Source: a virus
Lineage: Duplodnaviria > Caudoviricetes
Virus record (IMG/VR): IMGVR_UViG_3300021378_002534
Location: 1 to 51,437 of that record
Reading direction: 5' to 3' (one strand)
Length of the DNA stretch: 51,437 nt
The notes under the pieces: model-generated
Databases searched by the model: none
What the model was told of the DNA's origin: nothing
Seen by the model: the letters and a program-made list of their open reading frames with translations, nothing else
Translations under genes and position numbers: made by a program
Shown here: one piece after another, positions 16,725 to 25,934 of the stretch
Layout: each line of letters begins with the position of its first letter
Numbering within the stretch: position 1 is the stretch's first letter

Positions 16725-17835
16725 TACAATAAATTCAAACAACCTACTAGAAAGCTTCTTAAAATCAAATAAAGAAGACCATTACAATTTCGAAGAAGAA
16801 ATTGATTATAAAATCTCCAGCGGATCACTTCAGTTTGACTTGCATCTTGGCGGAGGTTTCGGTCCAGGATTGCATAGATTTTGCGGCATGAATGAGGGAG
16901 GTAAAACCTCTGAAGCTTTAGAGGTAGCAAAGAACTTTTTGCTGACGCTTCCAAATTCAAAAGCTGTTTATTTTAAGGCTGAAGGAAGGCTTTCTCCAGA
17001 GATGAAAAAAAGATCTGGTGTCAAGTTTGTTACTAAAGCTGAAGAGTGGGTCGATGGCACTTGCTTTGTATTTGAGTCTAATATCTACGAAACGGTTGTT
17101 GATCTAATGAGACAACTAGTATCAAATAATAGCGACAAAACAAAGTATTGCTTCCTTCTCGATTCTGTAGATGGACTAATCTTAAAAAACGATATGGATA
17201 AACCTTTCGAGGACTCTGCCAAAATTGCTGGAGGAGCGGTTGTGGCTGGAACCTTCATGAAGAAAATGTCCATAGCTCTCGCTAAGAGAGGCCACATGGC
17301 TATCTTCATTTCTCAGGTTAGGGCGGACATCAAATTAGACCCATATAGTAAAGCTCCCATTAGACAAACAAGTGCTACAGGAGGAAACGCTCTACTGCAC
17401 TTTGCTAACTGGATCATTGAGTTTGAAGCCAGATACAATAAGGATATAATTTTAAAAAACCCATCTATAAAAAAGATGGATACTCAGAAGAACCCAGCGG
17501 TAGGTCATTTTGCTAGCGTTACAATTAAAAAATCCCCTAATGAAAAAACAAATACAAGGCTAACATACCCCGTAAGATACGGAAGGTCATCTGGCACATC
17601 TATTTGGATTGAGAAAGAAATTGTGGACTTATTGTTTGCTTGGGAATTTTTGTCTAAAAAAGGCTCTTGGATAAAGACTACAGAAGATTTCATAGAACTT
17701 CTCTCAGAGAATAATCTAGAGTTTCCAGAAAAGATTCAAGGTGAAGCTAATGTATTCAAAGCTATCGAGGATAGTAATGAGCTTTCAGAATTCCTTGTTG
17801 ACTATTTCAAAAAAGCTATCGGTGAATTAACATGA
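16717..17835 (+). CDS. recA: RecA/UvsX-like recombinase
   Basis: Motifs ISSGSLQFDLHLGGG, Walker A GMNEGGKT, LLDSV, IFISQVR and TGGNALLH. Confidence 0.88.
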   Translation: MSDTINSNNLLESFLKSNKEDHYNFEEEIDYKISSGSLQFDLHLGGGFGPGLHRFCGMNEGGKTSEALEVAKNFLLTLPNSKAVYFKAEGRLSPEMKKRSGVKFVTKAEEWVDGTCFVFESNIYETVVDLMRQLVSNNSDKTKYCFLLDSVDGLILKNDMDKPFEDSAKIAGGAVVAGTFMKKMSIALAKRGHMAIFISQVRADIKLDPYSKAPIRQTSATGGNALLHFANWIIEFEARYNKDIILKNPSIKKMDTQKNPAVGHFASVTIKKSPNEKTNTRLTYPVRYGRSSGTSIWIEKEIVDLLFAWEFLSKKGSWIKTTEDFIELLSENNLEFPEKIQGEANVFKAIEDSNELSEFLVDYFKKAIGELT

Positions 17836-18239
17836 AATTTTTAGACCCATTTGGGAAACAAAGAAACCTAAAAGGTGCTAAAAAATATTTAATTAATTGG
17901 GAAGAAAAAAGTAGGAGCAAATTTCAGAAAAATGTTAAAGATTTCTTAAAAGACTATTGGATTCATGATGTTGTCTTTGAGGAATTCAGGATTGTTGGTA
18001 CAAGGTTATCCTTGGACTTTTATAATGCTAATAAAAAAGTAGCAGTAGAAGTTCAAGGAGACCAGCACATTAGGTATGTAAAGCATTTTCATAAGAACAG
18101 ATTGAAATACTTAGAACAACTCAAAAGAGATCAAAAGAAGCTTGACTTCTGTCAGATCAATGATATAAAATTGGTAGAGGTCTACAGCACTGATGAGATA
18201 AACGCATCTCTATTTAAAGATCAAGATATATATTTATGA
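17832..18239 (+). CDS. Vsr/DUF559-like endonuclease
   Basis: LDFY...VAVEVQGDQH...RDQKK...C. Confidence 0.8.
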   Translation: MKFLDPFGKQRNLKGAKKYLINWEEKSRSKFQKNVKDFLKDYWIHDVVFEEFRIVGTRLSLDFYNANKKVAVEVQGDQHIRYVKHFHKNRLKYLEQLKRDQKKLDFCQINDIKLVEVYSTDEINASLFKDQDIYL

Positions 18240-18466
18240 ATGTCGACGACAATATGGAATTTGCAATACCACAAAACTTTCTAGATAAGCTTTATGAGTT
18301 AACAGGCTCTGCCGATAAATACAAAGGATTTCTCCTTGTCTACTCTAACGAGAAAGGTAACCCTATTATTTTTAATAAATGCGAATCTCATTTGATTGAG
18401 ATGGGTCTTATTAAAACTATTGAATCTTATTTAGAAGAACCGAAAACAAACAAACATGATTTATAA
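18236..18466 (+). CDS. Hypothetical protein
   Basis: 76-aa ORF overlapping both neighbours in the operon. Confidence 0.7.
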   Translation: MNVDDNMEFAIPQNFLDKLYELTGSADKYKGFLLVYSNEKGNPIIFNKCESHLIEMGLIKTIESYLEEPKTNKHDL

Positions 18467-19970
18467 TTTAGAATTAGAGAAACAACTCCTAGCTGCTCTT
18501 ATCAAAGAGCCAGAACTATTTTGTGAGATAGCTAACTTTATAAATCACGATGATTTTTATTCTGAAGAGTCTAATCTTCACAAGACTATTTTTACAATTG
18601 TTAAACAAGCTATAGAGTCAAGTGAGGATATAGACGAGGTTATCATTGCCCAGAGAATAGCTAGTATAGGTTTATCTTTTGAGGATAAGCTAAATCCATC
18701 TGACTACATCAAGTCTTTAGCACTAAGAAAGGTTCCTAAAGGAAACCTAATTAAGACAGCTAAAGAGTTGAAAAAAGTTTCGGTGAGGAGGGGAATCTAT
18801 AAAGCTGCTCAAGAAATGGCGAAGCAAATGAAAAATGTTTCTCCAGAGACACCTTACCATGAGATCATAGAAAAAGCGGATCATGTTTATAATTCCAGAA
18901 TAAATCTTTATGAGACTGGGGAAGATGAGCCTATCAATATATATGACGAAATGGAATATATGATTGAGGACAGGGGCAACAATCCTATTGAAGAGTTTGG
19001 TATGATGGGGCCTCATAAAAAAGTTAACGACATGTATGGTTCCATTTTAAGGCCAGGAAACATTACTGTTGTTGTGGCTAGATCTGGTGTTGGTAAAACT
19101 CAGTTTTGTATGCACTATGCTACCCAAGTTGCTTCGGTTTATGATGTGCCTGTTCTTCATTTTGATAATGGGGAGATGAGCAAAGAAGAACTTATAATGA
19201 GGCAGTGCGCTTCTATATCTGGTATATCCTCTCATCTTTTAGAAAGCGGTAAATGGAGGCAAGCTGGTGAAGAAGTAGTTACGAAAGTAAGAGAGACATG
19301 GGCTAAAGTTAAAGACTTGAAGTTTTACTATTATAATGTTGGTGGCATGGATGTTGACTCAATGGTCAACACACTCAAGAGGTTTTATTATTCAAAAGTA
19401 GGTAGAGGTAATCCTATGATTTTTTCTTTTGACTATATTAAAACAACAAGCGAAGCTTCTGATAATAAGAATGAGTGGCAGATTGTAGGGGAGATGGTAG
19501 ATAAGTTTAAGAAGTGTGTTCAGAAAGAGATCCTCCATGATGGAGAGCCTGTTATACCTATGATAACTTCAGTTCAGTCAAATAGATACGGAATAACTAA
19601 TAACAGAAATGCTCAAAACATTGTGGACGATGAAAGTATTGTTTCTCTTTCTGACAGGATTATTCAGTTCTGTTCTCATATGTTTATTCTTCGAAACAAG
19701 ACTGCTGATGAAATCGAGGTTGAGGGAGCAAATTTTGGCACTCATAAGCTAATCAATATTAAGTCAAGGCATCTTGGTAAAGATATTGCTGGTGCTTTAG
19801 AGCCTGTACAAATAGGAGATTCCCTAAGAAAGAACTCTGTTAATCTTGAGTTTAAAAACTTTAACATTACTGAGCGAGGAGATCTTCGAGATATAGCCAG
19901 GTCAATGGATGAGGGCGGTGAGATAGACAGTTCTGAGGTTGATTCTTTGCCTGATTTTCAAAATGTCTGA
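18456..19970 (+). CDS. dnaB: Replicative DnaB-like helicase
   Basis: N-terminal EKQLLAAL...DFY...HKTIF; motifs ARSGVGKT, GEMSKEEL, FDYIK, QSNR and KSRH. Confidence 0.93.
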   Translation: MIYNLELEKQLLAALIKEPELFCEIANFINHDDFYSEESNLHKTIFTIVKQAIESSEDIDEVIIAQRIASIGLSFEDKLNPSDYIKSLALRKVPKGNLIKTAKELKKVSVRRGIYKAAQEMAKQMKNVSPETPYHEIIEKADHVYNSRINLYETGEDEPINIYDEMEYMIEDRGNNPIEEFGMMGPHKKVNDMYGSILRPGNITVVVARSGVGKTQFCMHYATQVASVYDVPVLHFDNGEMSKEELIMRQCASISGISSHLLESGKWRQAGEEVVTKVRETWAKVKDLKFYYYNVGGMDVDSMVNTLKRFYYSKVGRGNPMIFSFDYIKTTSEASDNKNEWQIVGEMVDKFKKCVQKEILHDGEPVIPMITSVQSNRYGITNNRNAQNIVDDESIVSLSDRIIQFCSHMFILRNKTADEIEVEGANFGTHKLINIKSRHLGKDIAGALEPVQIGDSLRKNSVNLEFKNFNITERGDLRDIARSMDEGGEIDSSEVDSLPDFQNV

Positions 19971-21000
19971 TATGCATAAACAAATTTTAGAGGATATTGG
20001 TTATAAGCTTATTGATTGCGGTAATCATTGGAGAACCAGTGCTGTTTACAGAGACGGAAACAACTCGACTGCAGTTCAGATATACAAAGACACTGGTGTG
20101 TGGACTGACTACGTGGCAGAAAACGGGCATAAGCCTCTCAAACAATTAATTCAGCTTACCCTCAAAGGTAACCCTGACAAATTAAATTCAATACTTAAAT
20201 CATTAGATTCAAAGCCCGACAGCTTAAAAGAATATAAACCTAACACATTAATTGAAATGGAAAAAATTTACGAAGACTCTATTTTGGAAAAACTATTTCC
20301 TAATTATAATTTTTATAACAAGAGAAATATATCAGAACAAACTCAAAACCTATTTAAAGTTGGTTTAGCTGGTTCTGGCAACATGTACAGGAGGATGGTT
20401 TTTCCTGTGTATAACGAACACTCACAGATAATTGGTTTTTCTGGCAGAAGAGTTGATGATGGAAACTCAGCTAAGTGGAAACACATTGGAAAAAAGAATA
20501 ACTGGATTTATCCAGCCTATACTCCTAACGAAAAAACAATAGATAGTTTGATTACTGAATCAAAAGAGGTTTACCTTGTTGAAAGTATTGGGGATGCAAT
20601 GTCTCTATATGATCAAGGTATAAAAAACGTAATAGTTATATTCGGTTTGTCGGTTAGCTCTTCTATTGTAAGTTATTTAGCTGGCAAGGAAATCAATAAG
20701 ATAGTAATAGCTGGCAATAATGATTTTGAATCTGAAATTAACAGAGGTTTACTAGCATCTATAAAAAACTATTTAAAACTATCTAATTATTTTGACCTCG
20801 ATTTACTTTCAATTAAAGTGCCCCCAAAAGGCTTTAATGATTTAGGTGACGCTCATCAATCGGATGAGGATTTAAAGCGGTGGTCCAAACAAGAGGTCGA
20901 TTTCAAAAAACAAAGACAGTTTATATTTGACTTTGTATCTAAAAACGAGAATAAATTCTCTAAGTCTTACATTAAAAAAGCAAAAAAAATAAATGAGTGA
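19963..21000 (+). CDS. dnaG: DnaG-like primase (TOPRIM) with degenerate zinc-binding domain
   Basis: Motifs RMVFPV...IIGFSGR, KWKH, LVESIGDA and NDLGD. ATG at 19963 preferred over the track's TTG at 19939. Confidence 0.88.
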   Translation: MSDMHKQILEDIGYKLIDCGNHWRTSAVYRDGNNSTAVQIYKDTGVWTDYVAENGHKPLKQLIQLTLKGNPDKLNSILKSLDSKPDSLKEYKPNTLIEMEKIYEDSILEKLFPNYNFYNKRNISEQTQNLFKVGLAGSGNMYRRMVFPVYNEHSQIIGFSGRRVDDGNSAKWKHIGKKNNWIYPAYTPNEKTIDSLITESKEVYLVESIGDAMSLYDQGIKNVIVIFGLSVSSSIVSYLAGKEINKIVIAGNNDFESEINRGLLASIKNYLKLSNYFDLDLLSIKVPPKGFNDLGDAHQSDEDLKRWSKQEVDFKKQRQFIFDFVSKNENKFSKSYIKKAKKINE

Positions 21001-22018
21001 ACCAATAACAACATTATCAGCAAGTAGAATCAAAACTGCAGAAAGCTGCTCTTGGCTCTATTGGTGCAAGTATAAATTAAAACTTCCTGATCGTAGTAAT
21101 GATGGAGCCAGAAGAGGTTCTATTTGTCACTTAATCTTTGAACTTCTCGGGGATCCCAGAAGAAAAAAATACTTCAATAAGATTACGAAGACTTTAGATA
21201 TTTTCAGCGTACCTTCTATAGAGAGATTGGTTATGAAACACGCTATCAGGGAAGGCATCGATGACGAAACTAACGTTCAAATGATGAAAGAGATGACTCT
21301 TAATGGCTTGATGTATGATTTCTTCGGGGATACAGATCAAGAGCCTACAGAAGAGCATTCGGAAAAAGATTTTCATATAGTTGTCAATGATGGCACTGTA
21401 AAATATAAAATAAGAGGTTTTATTGACAAGCTTTTCCTTTATCATGATAAAAAATATGCTTTGATCAGAGACTTTAAAACAAGCAAAGACACCTTCAAAG
21501 GTAAGGATGCCGAAGATAACATGCAGGACTTAATGTATAGTCTTGCAGTCAAACATCTTTTCCCAGAATATAAAAACAAACAAAGTGAGTTTCTATTTCT
21601 AAAGTTTGAATTGGAACCTGACGTTAAGAAGAGTGGTATCGTAAAAATGGAGCCTCTAGACGAAGATGATCTTCATGGTTTTGAGCATCACTTGACAGAG
21701 ATTCAAAAATATTTAGATAATTTTACTGAAAAGTCGGCCACCAAAAACATGGCTGCATACAAAGGTTTTCCAGATGATGGGTCATTTAGTTGTAAGCTTT
21801 TATGCGGTTTTGCCAAAGAGAAGGGTCAGTTAAAGAAAGACGGTACTCCAATGTGGCATTGCGGAATGAAGTTTGATTTTTTCTATTATGACATCAAAGA
21901 CGCGGATGGTAACTTTTTTCGTTCGTGCTTTGACGATGAGTTTTCTAAAGATATGGTTCCTGATGGAGGTTCATATGAAATGAAATATTATCCTGGTTGT
22001 CCTGCTCATTGTTCTTGA
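20993..22018 (+). CDS. PD-(D/E)xK exonuclease (Cas4/RecB-like)
   Basis: Motifs LSASRI...C, RGSICH, IRGFIDKL, IRDFKTSK and QDLMY; C-terminal cysteines. Confidence 0.88.
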   Translation: MSEPITTLSASRIKTAESCSWLYWCKYKLKLPDRSNDGARRGSICHLIFELLGDPRRKKYFNKITKTLDIFSVPSIERLVMKHAIREGIDDETNVQMMKEMTLNGLMYDFFGDTDQEPTEEHSEKDFHIVVNDGTVKYKIRGFIDKLFLYHDKKYALIRDFKTSKDTFKGKDAEDNMQDLMYSLAVKHLFPEYKNKQSEFLFLKFELEPDVKKSGIVKMEPLDEDDLHGFEHHLTEIQKYLDNFTEKSATKNMAAYKGFPDDGSFSCKLLCGFAKEKGQLKKDGTPMWHCGMKFDFFYYDIKDADGNFFRSCFDDEFSKDMVPDGGSYEMKYYPGCPAHCS

Positions 22019-22042
22019 CAGATCTTATACCTGTGGTAGAAT
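22015..22042 (+). promoter_or_regulatory. sigma70-type promoter of the polymerase operon
   Basis: TTGACA-N16-TAGAAT with an extended TG, 6 nt before the GTG at 22049. Confidence 0.8.
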
Positions 22043-22048
22043 GAGGTT

Positions 22049-22762
22049 GTGATTAAACCTATTTTTAAGTCAACCTATTCGACAGGGAAAAGCATTTTGC
22101 GCATTGATGACATCATTCAGATATGTAAAGATAAAGATTATAAAACATTAACTCTAGTAGAGGATAACCTCACTAGTTTTATGAAAGCTTTTAATGCTTG
22201 CGTAAAAAATGATATAGACCTAACTTATGGGTTGAGAATTACTATGTGTAATTCGATTGATAGCAAAGACTCGGACCACAAGTCTGTTATATTTGCCTTA
22301 GATGACAATGGTTGCAAGTTGATGAATAAAATTTATTCTAAAGCTTTTGTCGATAATGATGGTCGCATCACTTATGAAGAGTTAAGGTCTTTGTGGGATA
22401 ACGATTCCCTCTCTCTTGTGGTCCCTTTTTACGATAGCTTCATACATCAGAACAACTTATTTCTTAAGAACTGCATACCAGAGCTCAAAGGTTTAAACCC
22501 TAGGTTCTGGATTGAGAAAAATAACCTGCCATACGATAGGTTAATAGAGCAGAAGGTTATTGAGTTTACCGATGGAAACTTTCCCATTAGTTTTGTAAAG
22601 TCTATTTATTACAAAAACAAGGAAGATGTAGAAGCTCTTCAAACATACAAAATTCTCTGCAACCGAAGCTTTGGTAGGCAAGCTACATTATCATGCCCCA
22701 ACTTAAATCACTTTTCTAGTGACGAGTTTTGTCTTGAATCCTACATAGAAAACACCAAGTAA
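22049..22762 (+). CDS. Stand-alone degenerate PHP domain of DNA polymerase III alpha
   Basis: PIFKSTYS...SIL, LTLVED, YGLRI and FALDDNGCKLMNKIYS follow the DnaE PHP layout (HLHxHSxYS, ITD, GxE, LAxNxxGYxNL), but the metal-binding histidines are absent. Confidence 0.8.
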   Translation: MIKPIFKSTYSTGKSILRIDDIIQICKDKDYKTLTLVEDNLTSFMKAFNACVKNDIDLTYGLRITMCNSIDSKDSDHKSVIFALDDNGCKLMNKIYSKAFVDNDGRITYEELRSLWDNDSLSLVVPFYDSFIHQNNLFLKNCIPELKGLNPRFWIEKNNLPYDRLIEQKVIEFTDGNFPISFVKSIYYKNKEDVEALQTYKILCNRSFGRQATLSCPNLNHFSSDEFCLESYIENTK

Positions 22763-23394
22763 TGAACAACAACTTATTAAGATACAATAGAAACCAAAAG
22801 TATATAATTTTTGATACCGAGACTGAGGGTTTAAACTTAGTGAAGTCAAAACCTTGGCAAGCCGCTTGGATTGTGGCTCAAGGTAACAAGATAATAAAAA
22901 AATACGACAAGCTAATTAAATGGGATGATCTAAATGTATCCAAAGATGCGGCGAGGATTACAGGGTTTAGCCAGTCGCACTACGAGAAAAACGCAGAAGA
23001 CCCAAGGAAGGTCTGGGATGAATTTTCAAAGTATCTGTATGACGATTCCTACAAGATTGTTGGTCAAAATCTTCTAGGCTTTGATGTATATATGATTGAT
23101 GTTTGGAGAAAGCTTATCGGTGAGCCTTTGAACCAAGATTACATTAACAGAATCATTGATACAAAAGCTATAGCTACAGCCATAGTAAAAGAATCTCCCG
23201 TGGATAAAAAAGATTTTATATATTGGCAGTATAGATGGCTCAATCACAGGGAAAGGGGATTAAAGACATCACAATTGACACTCCTTAAAAAATATGAGAT
23301 TGACTTTGACCCTAAAAGATTGCATGATGCTCTTTACGATATCGAAATGAACTTCGAAATATTCCACAAACAACTTTACGATATAGAACTATGA
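22762..23394 (+). CDS. DEDDh 3'-5' exonuclease (DnaQ/epsilon-like)
   Basis: Motifs FDTETEGL, GQNLLGFD, IDT and HDALYD. Confidence 0.92.
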   Translation: MNNNLLRYNRNQKYIIFDTETEGLNLVKSKPWQAAWIVAQGNKIIKKYDKLIKWDDLNVSKDAARITGFSQSHYEKNAEDPRKVWDEFSKYLYDDSYKIVGQNLLGFDVYMIDVWRKLIGEPLNQDYINRIIDTKAIATAIVKESPVDKKDFIYWQYRWLNHRERGLKTSQLTLLKKYEIDFDPKRLHDALYDIEMNFEIFHKQLYDIEL

Positions 23395-25934
23395 GATATA
23401 AAACCCCGTTTCCTGTAGGAGTTAAACTCCCAGAGATCAGCGTAACCGACTCAAAGCTACATGATCTAGGATTAAAGCATGGTGCTTCTTCGCTAGACAT
23501 CCTTAAACAGCTGTGTCGACAAGGCCTTAGAGATAAAGGTTTGGTTAAATCTGACAATAGAAAAGATTATTATGATCGTACTCAGATGGAGATTGACATT
23601 TTGGATGATCTTGGCTTCGTTGATTACATATTACTTAACTGGGACATCATGGACTTTTGTAAAGTCAATGAGATTCCAACTGGCGCTGGCAGGGGAAGTG
23701 CTGCTGGTAGCTTAGTACTTTTTCTTTTAGGTGTAACAAACATTGACCCAATTAAATATGAACTATTTTTCGAAAGATTCGTCTCCAAGAGTAGAGCAAA
23801 GAAAATATTTCACGATGGTGAAGTACTCCTTGACGGCTCTTTACTTGCTGATATTGATAATGACATCTCTTATGATAGGAGGATTGAAGTTATTAAGTAT
23901 ATTGAAGACAAATACGAAGGCAAAACCTCAAAAATCTTAACTCTCAACACGCTTAGTTCTAAGCTCTGTATGAAAGAGTGTTGCAAGATAGTTGGTGAGT
24001 TGTCTGAAATGGATGTTAATCAAATCAGCGACACAATACCTAAACACTTTGGCAAGGTTGCCAAGCTCGATGCGGCTTATGAGGAAAGCGAGGCTTTTAA
24101 AAACTTCGCTGATAAAAATATAAAGTCATACAAAATTGCAAAAAAGCTAGAAGGCTTAATTAAAAACACAGGAGTTCACCCTTCTGGTATATCAATTAGT
24201 TACTACAACCAAGGAGACATAATGCCATTGCAAAAGACTAATGATGGTGCTTTAGTTTCTGGTTATGATATGGATGACGTAGCCAGCCTTAGCGTTAAGT
24301 TCGATATACTTGGTCTGAGGACACTATCTGTAGTTAATGACACATGTAGTCAAATTGGAATCAAAGCCTCTGAGATCGATCCTGGTGATGAAAGCATCTA
24401 TGCTGCTTTAGCTTGTCTAGAACAACCAAAAGGTTTATTTCAGATTGAAGCTGATGTAAACTTCAAGGTGTGCAAACAAGTCGCTCCAAGAAACCTAGAA
24501 CAACTTTCGGCTGTTGTCGCTATTGCGAGACCTGGAGCGTTAGACTTCAAAGATATGTATGCTGACTATGTTAGAACTGGAGAGTTTAATTGTGTGCATG
24601 AGTTCTTTGATGATATACTTAGCTATACTGGAGGCATTCCTCTTTACCAAGAGCAGTTGATGAAGATGGCTGTTAAGGTTGGCTTTAGTTTGGACGAGTC
24701 AGAGCAGTTAAGACGTATCGTTGGTAAGAAGAAGGTCGAAGATATGCCAGCATGGAAGGCTAAGATCGAAGACAAAATCAAAGAAAAGAATTTAGACCCT
24801 GTCATTGGAGATGTTTTATGGAAAGTTGCAGAAGATTCAGCCAATTACTCATTCAACAAATCGCACAGTATCTCGTACGCTTACCTAGCGGCGATTACGG
24901 TATACCTTAAATTCAATCACCCCCAAGAGTTTTTCTTGAGCTTGCTTAAGATGTCTAGGTTTGAACCTAACGCTCATGAAGAAATAGCTAAAATATCTCA
25001 AGAGCTTTCTTTTTTTGGTATAAAGCTTCTCCCTCCAGATTTGAACCTATCTGATTTTGACTTTAAGATTGAAGGATCTAACATTCGTTATGGACTAAAT
25101 TCAATCAAAGGCGTTTCTGATAAAGTCATAGAGTCCCTTATAGACTTCAGAGAATCCAGCTTCGAAAATAAATATGATATATTTATTGCGGCTAAAGACT
25201 GCGGAGTAAATATTGGAACAATGTCAGCGTTCATTCAAGCAGGTTTACTAGACTCCTTTGTGTCGTCTGATCGTTGTCGGTTGGTCTTAGAGGCTCAGAG
25301 CTTTAATATCTTGACTGACAGAGAAAAGAGAAACGTCATAGAGCTTGGAGCTAAGTTTAATTTCGATATCTTAAAAACAATACACAGTTGTAGGTCTGAA
25401 GACACACCTGCTGACGATGGAAGAATTCTATTTCCTGATAGAAGATTTAATACCTTCAAGAAAAAGTATGATCCATACAAAAACATATACGAACAAAATT
25501 CTAGCCACATAAAGTTTGCTAATTGGTATTTTGAGACAAAGCTACTTGGCTATAGCTATTCGTACAATATCAGAGAGATATTTGTAAGTGGCGACGAGGC
25601 TTCTTTTAAAACATCAGAAGAGGTCAGAAACTCAGAAGAAAGAAAACGAGTCAAGTTTGTAGGCGATGTGACTGAAGTGACCAAAAGAACAAGCAGGAAC
25701 GGCAATAAATATGCTAGAGTCGAGCTTCAAGACGAACTAGGTTCTGTTTGTGGTTTATTTTTAGACTCAGACAGAGAAGAAAGGTTGACAGAATACCTAA
25801 ACTCTGGTAAAAAGTTACCTAAGAAGGGTGGCATTGCCATAATAACAGGTAGTGTCGGAGAAGATATAGTTTTCATTGATAAAATTGAAACTATAGAAGA
25901 AAAAATCTATATGAAACTTTCTGAAATAAAATGA
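23391..25934 (+). CDS. dnaE: DNA polymerase III alpha catalytic core (no PHP domain)
   Basis: Motifs GAGRGSAAGS, LFFERF, DIDND, GVHPSG, KFDILGL, YQEQLM, YSFNKSH and IRYGL; C-terminal OB fold. Confidence 0.96.
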   Translation: MRYKTPFPVGVKLPEISVTDSKLHDLGLKHGASSLDILKQLCRQGLRDKGLVKSDNRKDYYDRTQMEIDILDDLGFVDYILLNWDIMDFCKVNEIPTGAGRGSAAGSLVLFLLGVTNIDPIKYELFFERFVSKSRAKKIFHDGEVLLDGSLLADIDNDISYDRRIEVIKYIEDKYEGKTSKILTLNTLSSKLCMKECCKIVGELSEMDVNQISDTIPKHFGKVAKLDAAYEESEAFKNFADKNIKSYKIAKKLEGLIKNTGVHPSGISISYYNQGDIMPLQKTNDGALVSGYDMDDVASLSVKFDILGLRTLSVVNDTCSQIGIKASEIDPGDESIYAALACLEQPKGLFQIEADVNFKVCKQVAPRNLEQLSAVVAIARPGALDFKDMYADYVRTGEFNCVHEFFDDILSYTGGIPLYQEQLMKMAVKVGFSLDESEQLRRIVGKKKVEDMPAWKAKIEDKIKEKNLDPVIGDVLWKVAEDSANYSFNKSHSISYAYLAAITVYLKFNHPQEFFLSLLKMSRFEPNAHEEIAKISQELSFFGIKLLPPDLNLSDFDFKIEGSNIRYGLNSIKGVSDKVIESLIDFRESSFENKYDIFIAAKDCGVNIGTMSAFIQAGLLDSFVSSDRCRLVLEAQSFNILTDREKRNVIELGAKFNFDILKTIHSCRSEDTPADDGRILFPDRRFNTFKKKYDPYKNIYEQNSSHIKFANWYFETKLLGYSYSYNIREIFVSGDEASFKTSEEVRNSEERKRVKFVGDVTEVTKRTSRNGNKYARVELQDELGSVCGLFLDSDREERLTEYLNSGKKLPKKGGIAIITGSVGEDIVFIDKIETIEEKIYMKLSEIK

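Noticed and set aside
20993-22018. Cas4-like nuclease as evidence of CRISPR-Cas
   Set aside because: No repeat-spacer array or other cas genes are visible; solo PD-(D/E)xK nucleases are routine in phage replication modules.
22049-25934. Split intein or intron in dnaE
   Set aside because: No intein terminal motifs, homing endonuclease or non-coding gap; the ORFs overlap directly.
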